64,000 bases of DNA from Nitrospira sp. (GCA_016784355.1 JADHUV010000003.1:3935-67934), one strand, 5' to 3'. Numbered from the stretch's first letter, positions 1 to 10,777 are shown. The notes: generated by a model not told the origin, from the letters alone. Program-made: numbers and translations.

Positions 1-365
1 TTGATGTGGACCATTTTAAGAAGTTTAATGATGTATACGGACATGAGACAGGTGACAGAGTTCTGAAAATGTTGGGTAATGTAATGATTAAAACTTTCCG
101 GGATATCGATATCTGCTGCCGCTACGGTGGGGAGGAGTTTCTGATTATACTGCCCAGTACCAATCTGGAAAATGCGAAAATATCTGCTGAGAGACTGCGT
201 GTTGCGGTGGAAACTACAAGTATAGATGATTTAAGTGTCACGATAAGTATAGGTATAGCCAGTTATCCAGAGACAGACACCCGCAGTATTGATGAATTTA
301 TTAAAAAGGCGGATCTGGCCCTTTATAAGGCAAAAGAAGGCGGACGTAACCGGGTGTGTACATGA
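1..365 (+). CDS. Diguanylate cyclase (GGDEF domain), C-terminal fragment; 5' end outside window
   Basis: ORF in frame to window edge. RDID I-site and GGEEF active-site motif. Its C-terminus is highly similar to that of the following gene (aligned by eye). Confidence 0.75.
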   Translation, partial: DVDHFKKFNDVYGHETGDRVLKMLGNVMIKTFRDIDICCRYGGEEFLIILPSTNLENAKISAERLRVAVETTSIDDLSVTISIGIASYPETDTRSIDEFIKKADLALYKAKEGGRNRVCT

Positions 366-482
366 TTGCTAACAATATAAGATATTCAAAAACATGTAAT
401 GATGTGGTCGTGTTGATTGAATCTGCTGCTATGGAGCTTTGGGTTGTTATAAACTGCCGCTTAAAATCGGGAGATTTTTTAA

Positions 483-2150
483 TTGTTTAGAAATATCGGG
501 TATAAGATCATCATGATGTTTGCATCAGTGCTTGTCACTGTCATGCTTATACTGGTCTATTTTTTCACTGTTAATCAAGAGAAGAGCATCCTGGCACAGA
601 ATGAAAGAAATATAGCCAAGCTTACTCAGAGTGTTACAGAGGGGTTGCAGACTATAATGATAGCAGGGTATGCAGATGTTGCTGAGACTTTTGCTGACCG
701 CCTCCATAATGTGCCGGATATTATAGCATTTGACCTGTTGAGAACTGATGGTGAGGAAGCCTTTAAAGACAATAAAACAATCTTAGATGTCAATCGTCGC
801 CTTGGCTACGAGGAGTTTCTTCCCCGTGAGAAGGAAACCGTAAACAGGCTGCTTGCTGCTGATGATTCGAATCTTATAAAGGTGTTGAATCAACAAAAAA
901 TGATCAGTTTTTATCAGACCGGTCAAGATGGTGAACAATTCCTCAGTTTCCTTGCTCCTATTATTAAAGATGAAAATTGTTATAAATGCCACGGCATGAA
1001 AAACCCTGTAAGGGGAGTTCTCTTACTGGTAACTTCTTTGGCCCAGGCAAAGGCTGATATAGAGGCGACCCGGTATCAGGCTACTCAGATAGCACTGGTT
1101 GCGCTTGTGAGTATTGTCATTCTTACCGGTTTGATGATCACGCGTTCGGTTATCCGCCCGATCAAGGACCTTACTGAGGCAATGGAAGAGGTATCTGAGG
1201 GTAATCTGAGTTATCAGGTGCCGATACTCGGCAGAGATGAATTAGGACGTATGGCGGGTAGTTTTAATCGAATGTCGCACAGGCTGGCTGAATCATATAC
1301 TGGTCTTGTTTCTGAGCAGGATAAGCTTACGACAATTATTCAAAGCACAAATGAGGGTATAGTCGTTACCGATGGCAAGGATGAGATTGTGTTGATTAAC
1401 CGCGCGGCGGAGATGCTTTTAGGGAAAGATGAGATTCAGATTCGAGAGGACGGTTTCATGCAGTTATTTGATGATAAGGGGATTATAGAGAAACATTTCA
1501 GTTCCATAAATAATGATTCGGGCAAAAAAGAGCTGGTGTATTATAAAAACCGGATACTTAGTTTTTCTGCGTCACAGATTATCTCGCATGAGGGCAAGCC
1601 GATTGGCTCAGCGGCCCTGATTCGTGATGTGACCGAGGAAAAGAGACTGGAGGCAGAGCTTGTTCATCTTTCCACAACTGATGGTCTGACAGGGCTTTAT
1701 AATCGCCGTTATTTAAATGAAAGTATATCGAGGGAGTTAGGCAGGGCAAGACGTTATGATGTGCAGCTGGCAATCCTTATGTTTGATGTAGATCATTTTA
1801 AGAACTTCAATGATGTGTACGGACATGAGACAGGCGACAGGGTCTTGATCATGATAGCTGCAGTAATGAAAAAAATGGTCCGTGATGTGGATGTTGCTTG
1901 CAGGTATGGCGGGGAAGAGTTCTTCATTATACTGCCAGGTACGGACCTGGAAGAAGCGACTTCTATTGCTGAGAGACTGCGCAGCAGAATTGAGTTGACA
2001 CTCGTTGACGGATTGAATGTTACTATCAGCGTAGGTGTTGCTAATTATCCGAATATTAATACTAGAAGCATTGATGAGTTTATCAAGGCCGCTGATAAGG
2101 CGCTGTACTCTGCGAAGGCAGGCGGGCGTAACAGGGTATGTATCGCCTGA
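483..2150 (+). CDS. Sensor diguanylate cyclase: TM, periplasmic domain with CYKCH (CXXCH) haem-c motif, TM, HAMP, PAS, GGDEF
   Basis: 555 aa. Two hydrophobic segments flank a ~165-aa domain containing CYKCH at nt 978-992. HAMP-like segment, PAS, RDVD I-site and GGEEF. TTG start at 483 with GGGAGA 7 nt upstream; alternative ATG at 513. Confidence 0.8.
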   Translation: MFRNIGYKIIMMFASVLVTVMLILVYFFTVNQEKSILAQNERNIAKLTQSVTEGLQTIMIAGYADVAETFADRLHNVPDIIAFDLLRTDGEEAFKDNKTILDVNRRLGYEEFLPREKETVNRLLAADDSNLIKVLNQQKMISFYQTGQDGEQFLSFLAPIIKDENCYKCHGMKNPVRGVLLLVTSLAQAKADIEATRYQATQIALVALVSIVILTGLMITRSVIRPIKDLTEAMEEVSEGNLSYQVPILGRDELGRMAGSFNRMSHRLAESYTGLVSEQDKLTTIIQSTNEGIVVTDGKDEIVLINRAAEMLLGKDEIQIREDGFMQLFDDKGIIEKHFSSINNDSGKKELVYYKNRILSFSASQIISHEGKPIGSAALIRDVTEEKRLEAELVHLSTTDGLTGLYNRRYLNESISRELGRARRYDVQLAILMFDVDHFKNFNDVYGHETGDRVLIMIAAVMKKMVRDVDVACRYGGEEFFIILPGTDLEEATSIAERLRSRIELTLVDGLNVTISVGVANYPNINTRSIDEFIKAADKALYSAKAGGRNRVCIA

Positions 2151-2490
2151 TCGGAAGTATCGTTCCTCAGATATCATCTTCCTGCTTGACCTGAAGATTC
2201 AGTCACTCCTTCATCTTCTTCCGGCTTAGAGACTGTGTCACAATTATCATCATAAGTCGACTTTCATTTCAACTGTCACTTCATGATCTGCCAGCAGGCA
2301 GGCTTGATCGTGGGATCCATGAACATGTGTAATTCCTTTTAAAAGAATAGCTCAGTAAATATAGTTATAAGGTCTGGCGTGGTGCAATATGCCCTTACGT
2401 CATGTTGTTCAGGGGATACAAAGGGGTGCGTTGTTATGTTGTGTTGTTCAGGGGGTACACATGGGTGCGCCCCTACATGTATTGATGCAC

Positions 2491-2526
2491 AAAAAAACGG
2501 CAGACCCTTAAGGGTCTGCCGTTTTC
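2491..2526. terminator. Bidirectional rho-independent terminator (GGCAGACCCTT/AAGGGTCTGCC hairpin, A-run before, T-run after)
   Basis: Perfect 11-bp stem with flanking A7 and GTTTT. Sits between convergent GGDEF (+) and MFS (-) genes. Confidence 0.6.
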
Positions 2527-2542
2527 TGATTCGCGGGATAGT

Positions 2543-3999
2543 TTAATTTGCCACTGGCTGCCCCTTTCCATTTTCTGGTACTGGCAATTCATCATGGACA
2601 TCATACATACGTTCTATGTCTGTTAGTGACTGCAGGCTTGCAACGGGCATTGCCTGTAGTAGTTGCTTTTCCCGGCTCCTTGCAAGGCTCCATACTACTA
2701 CAGAGGTTCCTGCAGCGACAAAACAGAGCATTCCGGCAAAGACAAAGGCAAGCACATAAGCATTGGTTGCATCATACAGGACTCCGCCGACGACTGGTCC
2801 CATAATACCCGCTACACCATAGGCAGTAAAGATCCAGCCATAGTTCATGCCGAGATTTTTAGTACCAAAATAATCAGCTGTGGCTGCTGGGAATAAAGCG
2901 AAATTGCCTCCGAAATTCAGACCAACCAATGCTGAGGCAAGGAATATTGCGAAGTGTGATTCTACGCTTACCAGCATCATAAATGTCATGCCCTGTATAA
3001 GAAACATGATCATCATGGCACGGGGACGGTCAATGTAATCACTGACCTTACCCCAGAAGATGCGGCCTAGGGCATTGAAGATAGCAAGAATGCCGATAGG
3101 CTCGACAAACCGTCCGAAGGCACCCATCCAGGCTGGTGCAAATGATGCGCCATGAAGAATATTGCCCATAAGGGGTTTCCACTGGCCGATTGCCATCAGA
3201 CCGGAAGTTGCGCTGAATATGAAGGTCACCCAAAGCATGCAGGCAAGTGGAGTGTTGAGCATTTCTTTCCACTCTATCTCAGGGGAATCTGCTTTAATGG
3301 CGTTTGCGGTATTCCATCCCGGCGGCTGCCATCCAGGGCAGGATTCTTTAGAAATGATGCGCCTATAAGTACAAGTACAGTGCTTGTTATGCCGTGCAGA
3401 GCGAAGAATGTTTTCCAGCCGAGCCCGAACCCGCTTCCCTGTGATATGCCGAGGGCGACATGCAATATTTGCGATAGACCCATAGGATCTGAGCCCGGAC
3501 CTGATCCTGAGGGAAGCAGCAAGGTTGAAGCAGGGCCAGCAAAAAAGAGTGCGCCGGCACCGAAACCAGCGACAGACATTCCGGTTACCATTCCTTTTTT
3601 GTCCGGATACCACTTCATGGCCGCTGCTATAGGGCAGACATAAGCAAAACCGATACCTGCTCCACCAAGAATACCATATGTGAGGTAAAGCGCCCACGGC
3701 CTGGTCTCTGTTACAAATACTGAGCCTAAAAGGAATGATAGTCCGAGCAGGACGCCACCAATTGAGGCGACCTTCCTGGGGCCTATCTTATCCTGTAAAC
3801 GCCCGGCTGGTATCATTACAGCGGCAAAGGACATAAGCGCAAAGGAGAAGGCCCACTGCGTCGTTGTTCTTTCCCACCCTAATTCGAGCTCCAAAGGTTT
3901 GACAAATACGCTGAAAGCGTAGACGGTTCCAAGTACCATTTGGACAATGAGGGCTCCGAGCAGTACCTTCCAGCGTTCGTTTTGCTTGTTTTCTGACAT
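2543..3999 (-). pseudogene. MFS transporter, oxalate/formate antiporter (OFA)-like; reading frame broken near 3318-3345 (authentic frameshift or sequencing error)
   Basis: The N-terminal half (ORF 3274..4035, true start ATG 3999 with GGAGG SD) and C-terminal half (ORF 2543..3697) are both MFS-like with multiple TMs. The frames join only by a +1 shift inside a GCCGCCGGG run, spanning the OFA 'FLKNP...PPGW' loop. Confidence 0.55.
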
Positions 4000-4097
4000 A
4001 TGATTTCCTCCAGGAATATAATTATAGCTTGCCAAATAATGACGGCATATTACTAATCGGATAAATTAATGAGAACTTTAATTGGAAGTAAAAGGAA

Positions 4098-4275
4098 GGC
4101 ACAGAGGGGGATAGAGGCACAAAGGCACAGAGGCACAGAGGCACAGAGGCACAGAGGCACAGAGGCACAGAGGGGGATAGAGGCACAAAGGGACAGAGGG
4201 GGATAGAGGCACAAAGGGACAGAGGGGGATAGAGGCACAAAGGCACAGAGGGGGATAGAGGCACTAAGGCACAGA
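4098..4275. repeat. Tandem array of 8-10 bp purine-rich units (GCACAGAG / GCACAAAG / GGACAGAG / GGGGATAGAG), ~20 units with higher-order 26-bp periodicity
   Basis: Directly visible in sequence. The minus-strand ORFs 4022..4264 and 4053..4238 are translations of the repeat. Confidence 0.9.
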
Positions 4276-4279
4276 GGGG

Positions 4280-5308
4280 TTATAGGTGTTTATTCTTTAA
4301 ATACCAGTCCAGTGTTTTGTTAATGCCTGAATTGAAGTCTTCTAGTGCTTTCCAGTTTAGATCTGTTTCGATCTTTGAGGCATCTATAGCATAACGGCGG
4401 TCATGTCCGGCACGATCCTGTACGAAGGTGATTAGATCTGCATAAGGGGTGCCGTTTGAGCGGGGTATCTTTTTATCGAGAAGGCTGCAGACGGTTTTGG
4501 CAATCATGAGGTTATCCTGTTCATTTCTGCCGCCAATGTTATACGTCTCTCCCTCCCTGCCGTTGTGATATACAAGGTCAATGCCAGTGCAGTGATCCAT
4601 TACATATAACCAGTCACGGATATTGCGGCCGTCGCCGTAAATTGGTATTGGCTCTTCCGCAAGCGCCTTGCGGATAATTGTGGGTATAAGCTTTTCATTG
4701 TGCTGCTTAGGGCCGTAATTGTTGGAACAGTTGCTGGTTGTGACATTCATGCCGTAAGTATGAAAATAGGCGCGTACAAGGAAATCAGAACCTGCCTTGG
4801 AAGCTGAGTAAGGGCTGTTAGGGGCATAGGGAGTGTCTTCTTTGAACAGGCCTGTCTCTCCGAGGGTTCCGTATACCTCATCTGTGGAAATGTGATGGAA
4901 GCGGCATCCCTTATAATTATCCTTGTATTTGAAAGGCCCGTCCATCCAATATTCTCTTGCAGCCTCAAGCAAGGTGAAGGTACCATTGAGATTTGTCTTT
5001 ATAAAGATACCCGGACCGGTTATGGAGTTATCTACGTGTGACTCGGCAGCCATGTGAATAACGCCCCGGATATCGTATTCCCTGAATAATTTTGCTACGA
5101 GTTGCGGATCGCAGATATCACCCTCAACTAGATGATAACGTGAATTTCCCTCGACCTCGGTCAGATTACTGAGGTCTCCGGCATAGGTAAGCTTATCAAG
5201 ATTAATGATATTGTATCCGGGGTGCGAGTTTATGAAAAAAGGAATAAAGTTAGAACCGATAAAGCCTGCTCCGCCTGTAATGAGAATTGATTCAGCTCTG
5301 GTATTCAT
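4280..5308 (-). CDS. rfbB: dTDP-glucose 4,6-dehydratase
   Basis: [21 protein letters not shown] Rossmann N-terminus and RmlB-like sequence throughout. Start placed at internal Met (M44 of track ORF) by homology; the upstream extension overlaps rfbA. Confidence 0.9.
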   Translation of the reverse strand: MNTRAESILITGGAGFIGSNFIPFFINSHPGYNIINLDKLTYAGDLSNLTEVEGNSRYHLVEGDICDPQLVAKLFREYDIRGVIHMAAESHVDNSITGPGIFIKTNLNGTFTLLEAAREYWMDGPFKYKDNYKGCRFHHISTDEVYGTLGETGLFKEDTPYAPNSPYSASKAGSDFLVRAYFHTYGMNVTTSNCSNNYGPKQHNEKLIPTIIRKALAEEPIPIYGDGRNIRDWLYVMDHCTGIDLVYHNGREGETYNIGGRNEQDNLMIAKTVCSLLDKKIPRSNGTPYADLITFVQDRAGHDRRYAIDASKIETDLNWKALEDFNSGINKTLDWYLKNKHL

Positions 5309-6188
5309 ATAAATTTTTCTCCAGGAGTCTGAAAAGGTATTTGCCGTATTGATTTTTTTCAAGTGACTTTGCGGTCTCCAGCAGCTGTGATCGCGGGATC
5401 CATCCCCTGCTATATGCGATTTCTTCAAGGCATGCAACCTTCAGGCCCTGTCTTTTTTCTATTGTCTGAATGAAAAGGCCGGCGTCCATCAGAGACTCAT
5501 GAGTGCCGGTATCAAGCCATGCAAATCCTCTGCCTAAAAGTTGCATTTTGAGTGAATCAGTATTGAGAAACATCTGATTGACGGTGCTTATTTCAAGCTC
5601 TCCGCGATCACTCGGTTTTATCCCCTTTGCTATATCCACCACGCTATTAGGATAAAAGTATAGTCCTGTTATTGCATAGTTAGACTTTGGATTTGAGGGT
5701 TTTTCTTCAATGGAAATGACATTCCAGCTTGAATTGAATTCGGCAACACCATACCTTTCTGGATCATCAACAAAGTATCCGAATATGCATGCCTTGTCTT
5801 CTTCCTCTACAATGTTTCGTGCTTTTTTCAGCATGGGGGTGAAACCTGCACCATAAAATATATTGTCACCCAGTACCAGCGCGACACTGTCCTTACCTAT
5901 AAATTTTTCGCCAAGGATGAAGGCCTGAGCTAATCCGTCTGGAGAAGGCTGTACAACATAGGATATCTTGATGCCCCATTGGCTGCCGTTTCCGAGTACT
6001 TTTTTGAAATTTTTCTGATCTTCCGGTGTTGTAATTACGAGGATATCTTTGATGCCGGCAATCATAAGAATGGAGAGAGGATAGTATATCATCGGCTTGT
6101 CATATACCGGCATCAGTTGTTTTGATCCCCCTTTTGTAATAGGGTAAAGACGTGTGCCTGAACCTCCTGCGAGTATTATGCCTTTCAT
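5292..6188 (-). CDS. rfbA: Glucose-1-phosphate thymidylyltransferase
   Basis: [18 protein letters not shown]... canonical RmlA N-terminus; 297 aa. Confidence 0.9.
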   Translation of the reverse strand: MKGIILAGGSGTRLYPITKGGSKQLMPVYDKPMIYYPLSILMIAGIKDILVITTPEDQKNFKKVLGNGSQWGIKISYVVQPSPDGLAQAFILGEKFIGKDSVALVLGDNIFYGAGFTPMLKKARNIVEEEDKACIFGYFVDDPERYGVAEFNSSWNVISIEEKPSNPKSNYAITGLYFYPNSVVDIAKGIKPSDRGELEISTVNQMFLNTDSLKMQLLGRGFAWLDTGTHESLMDAGLFIQTIEKRQGLKVACLEEIAYSRGWIPRSQLLETAKSLEKNQYGKYLFRLLEKNLYEYQS

Positions 6189-6324
6189 ATCGTTCCTATG
6201 CTGTATGCCGGATTTAGTAATAATGATTTTGATATATGTTTATAGACGGATATAATTTTAGCAGGAACGGCAAACTCTTTCAAGGAAACTGGCTATAGAG
6301 CCAGGATTTAGGTCATCAGGGGAA

Positions 6325-6876
6325 TTATTTGATACGGTTGGATATAGTCTTGAATGCCGGAGTTCCAGCCTTTTCAAGGAGTTGAAATAGCACGGTCTCA
6401 GTGCAGGTGATGACTGCCCCTGCATCACGCATAAGTTCTTTTGCGCTTAGGTAATCAGTTTTTTTTCGGGAACAGACAGCATCACTGACAAGGTGTATGG
6501 TATATCCTTTTTGAAGCAGGCTCAGGCATGTCTGCAGTACACACACGTGCGTCTCCATACCCGCCAGGATAAGCTGCGGCCTGTCGAGATCTGAAAGGGT
6601 TTGAAGGAAACCTTCTCCTTTGCAGCAGTCAAATGTTGTCTTGTCCATTGGTTTATATATGGATACTGCATCTCTGATTTCCTTGATGGTCTGTCCGAGC
6701 CCTTTAGGGTATTGCTCAGTCACAATTACCGGCAGATTCAACAGTTTGGCCGCTTCTATTAGATGCAGGCAGTTGGCTGTTACAGGATCTTTTTGATTCA
6801 TTGCAGGTACAAGGCGTTCCTGGACATCTATAATAATAAGTGCGGCTTTTTCTTTGTTCAGCAGGAAGTGATTCAT
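6325..6876 (-). CDS. Isochorismatase-family cysteine hydrolase (YcaC-like)
   Basis: 182 aa. LIIIDVQ ... catalytic Cys-containing segment typical of isochorismatase-like hydrolases. Confidence 0.7.
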   Translation of the reverse strand: MNHFLLNKEKAALIIIDVQERLVPAMNQKDPVTANCLHLIEAAKLLNLPVIVTEQYPKGLGQTIKEIRDAVSIYKPMDKTTFDCCKGEGFLQTLSDLDRPQLILAGMETHVCVLQTCLSLLQKGYTIHLVSDAVCSRKKTDYLSAKELMRDAGAVITCTETVLFQLLEKAGTPAFKTISNRIK

Positions 6877-6896
6877 CAGGTCCTTAGATTAAAACT

Positions 6897-6935
6897 CCTG
6901 CTGCATGAGCGGCCTGCAGCAGGAGTATAATGAAT
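6897..6935 (-). terminator. Rho-independent terminator downstream of acs
   Basis: 11-bp perfect stem CTCCTGCTGCA...TGCAGCAGGAG followed on the minus strand by a T-run. Confidence 0.6.
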
Positions 6936-6937
6936 TT

Positions 6938-8911
6938 TTATTGTCTCTCGCTTACAAGATTGTCCACAACTGATGGATCAGCCAGAGTGGAAGTATCGCC
7001 AAGTTCATCGATTGCTCCCTGTGCAATTTTTCTTAGAATCCTTCTCATAATCTTGCCGCTTCTCGTTTTTGGCAGGCCCGGTGCAAACTGCATCTTGTCC
7101 GGTGTTGCGATCGGCCCTATCTCTTTTCTGATATGGGCGACAAGTTCTTTTTTCAGCTCATCGGTCGGTTCACGGCCTTCTTTCAGTGTTACATAGACAT
7201 AAATACCTTCCCCTTTAATCTCATGGGGATAACCTACAACAGCGGCCTCTGCAACCGATTCATGGCTTACGAGCGCGGATTCGACCTCAGCAGTTCCCAG
7301 CCTGTGACCGGAAATATTGATAACATCATCGATACGTCCCATGAGCCAGTAGTCTCCGTCCTCATCGACACGTGCGCCGTCTCCGGAGAGGTAGTAGCCG
7401 GGAAATTGCGCAAAATAAACTTCTTTAACCCGTTTCTGCTCAGGGTCGCCATAGGTTCCCCTGATCATGCCTGGCCAGGGTTTTTCGATAAGCAGATAGC
7501 CGCCTTCATTTACTCCTGAAGCGGATCCATCCTGCTTTACGATCTTTGGAACAACGCCGAAGAAAGGTCTGCTTGCAGATCCTGGCTTCAGTGTCATTGC
7601 ACCCGGCAGGGCTGTAATAAGTATTCCGCCGGTCTCAGTCTGCCACCACGTGTCTACTATGGGCAGTTTCCCCTTTCCGACATTGGTGAAGTACCACATC
7701 CAGGCCTCGGGGTTGATTGGTTCGCCTACAGAGCCGAGTACCCGTAGTGAGGCAAGGCTGTATTTTTTAAACACTTCCTCACCTGAACGCATCAGCGAGC
7801 GGATAACAGTAGGAGCAGTATAGATCTGATTGACCTGGTATTTATCAACAATATCCCAGAAGCGGCCTGCATCGGGATAGGTCGGTATTCCTTCAAACAT
7901 GATGCTGGTTGCTCCTTCTGAGAGCGGTCCATAGACGATATAACTGTGACCGGTAACCCAGCCGATGTCGGCGGTGCAGAAATACGTGTCTTCGTCGTGG
8001 TAATCAAAAATATATTTAAAGGTCAGGTTGGTGTAGACCATATAGCCGCCGGTTGTGTGAAGCACTCCTTTGGGTTTTCCTGTTGACCCGGAGGTGTAAA
8101 GAATAAACAGCGGATCTTCCGCATCCATATGTTCTGGTTCGCAGTAGTTTGTAATATCGTCTGCTGCCATTTCTTCATGCCACCAAAGGTCTCTTCCCGC
8201 TTTCATGTCTGCGCCGTCTCCTCTTTTGACGGACAGTATTTTTTCGATAGTCGGGCATTCCGCAGCAGCGGCATCTGCATTTATTTTCAGCGGTATGAGT
8301 TTACCTCCCCTGACGCTCACGTCAGCGGTAATGATCATTTTGGCCTCACAGTCATTAATCCTGTCGCGAAGCGCCTGGGCGCTGAAGCCGCCGAAAACGA
8401 TACCATGTATTGCGCCGATTCGGGCGCAGGCAAGCATAGCTATTGCGAGTTCCGGGATCATCGGCATATAGATGGCTACCCGGTCGCCTTTACCCACTCC
8501 GTGTTTTTTCATTACATTGGCGAATCTGCATACTTCACGGTGCAGCTGCTGATAGGTAAAGGTCTTATTAGAACCGTCGTCCGCCTCCCAGATGATAGCG
8601 GCCTTGTTCTTTTTAGCGGTCGTCAGATGCCGATCCAGGCAGTTAAATGATGCATTGAGTGTACCCCCTTGAAACCACTTGATTTCCGGTTTGTGAAAGT
8701 CATACTCAAGAACCTTGTCCCATTTCTTAAACCAATCGATATTCTGCTCTGCTATATCTGCCCAGAAACCCTCCGGGTCTTCAATCGAACGTTTGTACAT
8801 CTTTTCATATTCTTCAATACTGCCGATGTGTGCATGTTTGCGGATGCTTTCGGACGGCGGGAAGAGCCTCTTTTCTGATGACAATACCTGGATTGAGTCT
8901 TGTTCTGACAT
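6938..8911 (-). CDS. acs: Acetyl-CoA synthetase (acetate--CoA ligase)
   Basis: 656 aa. Full-length match to the Acs family, including AMP-binding motifs ([11 protein letters not shown]). Confidence 0.95.
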   Translation of the reverse strand: MSEQDSIQVLSSEKRLFPPSESIRKHAHIGSIEEYEKMYKRSIEDPEGFWADIAEQNIDWFKKWDKVLEYDFHKPEIKWFQGGTLNASFNCLDRHLTTAKKNKAAIIWEADDGSNKTFTYQQLHREVCRFANVMKKHGVGKGDRVAIYMPMIPELAIAMLACARIGAIHGIVFGGFSAQALRDRINDCEAKMIITADVSVRGGKLIPLKINADAAAAECPTIEKILSVKRGDGADMKAGRDLWWHEEMAADDITNYCEPEHMDAEDPLFILYTSGSTGKPKGVLHTTGGYMVYTNLTFKYIFDYHDEDTYFCTADIGWVTGHSYIVYGPLSEGATSIMFEGIPTYPDAGRFWDIVDKYQVNQIYTAPTVIRSLMRSGEEVFKKYSLASLRVLGSVGEPINPEAWMWYFTNVGKGKLPIVDTWWQTETGGILITALPGAMTLKPGSASRPFFGVVPKIVKQDGSASGVNEGGYLLIEKPWPGMIRGTYGDPEQKRVKEVYFAQFPGYYLSGDGARVDEDGDYWLMGRIDDVINISGHRLGTAEVESALVSHESVAEAAVVGYPHEIKGEGIYVYVTLKEGREPTDELKKELVAHIRKEIGPIATPDKMQFAPGLPKTRSGKIMRRILRKIAQGAIDELGDTSTLADPSVVDNLVSERQ

Positions 8912-9115
8912 GTAACTTTCCTCCTATATAGTGTTATGGTTTGCTGCAATCAATAATTCTTCAGTAAACGATAAACAATACTATCGGATTTTTTTTGTAA
9001 AACATTAAGCAATTATAATGCCCGCCGCGTAAATGTCGGCATAAAATAATATGCTTATAAATTAGTAAGTTTCATTATGGTTTTAAACTGGTGTTCTATA
9101 AATTAGGTGCTATCT

Positions 9116-9130
9116 GTTACCAACGGTAAC
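9116..9130. promoter_or_regulatory. Perfect palindrome GTTAC-N5-GTAAC in the acs / CBS-DUF294 divergent intergenic region
   Basis: Seen in sequence. The GTAAC half-site recurs in the putative enhancer region at 16648-16693. Confidence 0.3.
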
Positions 9131-9262
9131 TCAAGGGTGCCTATTATCCGATAAAGTAGCAGATATCAGGGATGAATGCAAATGTTTTCGTCTCTATAAA
9201 AGGATTTCCCATGCACCTCTTATGGGCATTTCAGGTACAATAATTAAGAACTTTTTTCCGGG

Positions 9263-10777
9263 GTGAATATGGGCGGTATAGAATTGCAACAGAGTGAAAG
9301 CAGAGGGGAATTGGGTAGGGGGGTTCTATATCGAATCGCGGCCTTTCAATACCATGAGACCATTGCTAATATCATGGAGCGCGATGTCTTTATGTGCAGT
9401 CCTCTGGATTCAGTCAAGGCGGTTGCCCGTATTATGGCAGAGCGGAGGATTTCTTCAGTTGTGGTAACTGATGCCAATCTCAGACCTGCCGGCATTGTTA
9501 CCGAGCGGGATATTGTCAAGAAGTTCGTAGCTATTCCGATTGCATGCAGTTCAGATATAACCATTGGTGAGATAATGACGCCTGCCCCGGTTTGCCTTCC
9601 TTCCTCTGCGACATTGTTTGATGCGCTTTCAATTATTACACGACATGATATAAAACATCTCCCTGTGGTCTCAGACGGTAAGGTTGAGGGGATACTCACG
9701 GTCAGGCAGATACTGAAGATTCGCTATGCAGAACCCTTTGTGCTGATTGCCAGGCTTGAGGAGGCAACTTCAGTTGAGGATTATAGGTTTATCAAAGATG
9801 AACTGGTATATCTGGTAAAGGAGAAAATGGCTGAAAATACCGATCCTCTGGACCTGGTAACCATGCTTTCACTTGTCAATGCGGGTATACATCGGCGGGT
9901 TCTCAGGGATATCATACGGGAAATGGGGCCGTCCCCGGTGGAGTTTTGTTTTTTTGTTACCGGAAGTCATGGCAGAAAAGAGAACCTGCTGTTTCCAGAT
10001 CAGGACTACTGTGTGATAATCGAGGATTGTGATGAGCAGCTAAGTCAAAAAAGTGATGAGTATTTTCTTGCCGTCTCACAACGGTTGTCTGACAGGCTTG
10101 ATCAAATTGGTTTTCCATACTGCACGGGAAAGATCATGGGAACCAATCCCCAATGGCGGGGAAGCGTCTCTGAGTGGCAAACAAAGGTTACAAAGATAAT
10201 CCGGCAGCAGACGGCTTACACTGTGCGATATATGACCCTGTTATTTGATTCGGCTTATCTCTTTGGTAACATAGCGTTGTTTAATAGTTATCAGGGGCAT
10301 GCATTTAATGAACTGGCTTTAAATCATACAGTCCTCAGGCAGATGCATGATGAGGAAGAGGGCGGGCATAAAGTGCCGCTCGGCTGGTTTAGCAGCTTTA
10401 TAACAGAAAAGGGCAGAAAACACCGTGGCGAGATTGATATGAAGAAGAGCGGCCTTATCTTTATTATTGAATCTGCCCGTATACTTGCCCTGAAGTACGG
10501 AGTTCGTGAGACTTCCACTATAAGGCGTATACAGGCACTCGTTGAGAAAGGGGCGATCCAGAAAGACGACTCCGAGTATTTTGAAAATGCCTACAGAGTG
10601 ATCCTGTATCATACGCTGAATGCTCAAGTGGAAAACTTTATTGCGCGTGAGGGCAGGGATTATTATCTGAATCCGCGCTCGCTCTCACGTCGAAATCGGG
10701 AAATGCTTAAGGATGCCTTTAAGGCGGTTACGACGCTTCAGGAAATAGTGCGCAGTGAGTATGGGGAAATGGCCTGA
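9263..10777 (+). CDS. CBS-pair + DUF294 (putative nucleotidyltransferase) + DUF294_C protein
   Basis: 503 aa. Tandem CBS motifs, then a GS-x9-DxD-type nucleotidyltransferase signature (GSHGRKENLLFPDQDY) and a helical C-domain. GTG start. Confidence 0.75.
   Translation: MNMGGIELQQSESRGELGRGVLYRIAAFQYHETIANIMERDVFMCSPLDSVKAVARIMAERRISSVVVTDANLRPAGIVTERDIVKKFVAIPIACSSDITIGEIMTPAPVCLPSSATLFDALSIITRHDIKHLPVVSDGKVEGILTVRQILKIRYAEPFVLIARLEEATSVEDYRFIKDELVYLVKEKMAENTDPLDLVTMLSLVNAGIHRRVLRDIIREMGPSPVEFCFFVTGSHGRKENLLFPDQDYCVIIEDCDEQLSQKSDEYFLAVSQRLSDRLDQIGFPYCTGKIMGTNPQWRGSVSEWQTKVTKIIRQQTAYTVRYMTLLFDSAYLFGNIALFNSYQGHAFNELALNHTVLRQMHDEEEGGHKVPLGWFSSFITEKGRKHRGEIDMKKSGLIFIIESARILALKYGVRETSTIRRIQALVEKGAIQKDDSEYFENAYRVILYHTLNAQVENFIAREGRDYYLNPRSLSRRNREMLKDAFKAVTTLQEIVRSEYGEMA

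Noticed and set aside
6-365. Met at nt 6 as the start of the first GGDEF gene
   Set aside because: The frame is open to the window edge, and the homologous region of the downstream paralogue lies far inside that protein. The true start is upstream of the window.
4022-4264. Minus-strand ORFs 4022..4264 and 4053..4238 (Pro/Leu/Ser/Cys-rich) proposed by the ORF track
   Set aside because: They are simply translations of the purine-rich tandem repeat array. No start context, and the repetitive composition argues against coding.
4098-4275. CRISPR array
   Set aside because: The units are 8-10 bp and directly abutting with no unique spacers, and there are no cas genes in the window.
8912-9262. Sigma-54 promoter for acs
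   Set aside because: I scanned both strands of the acs/CBS intergenic region for GG-N10-GC (TGGCAC-N5-TTGC) and found no match with correct spacing. The only notable element there is the GTTAC-N5-GTAAC palindrome.
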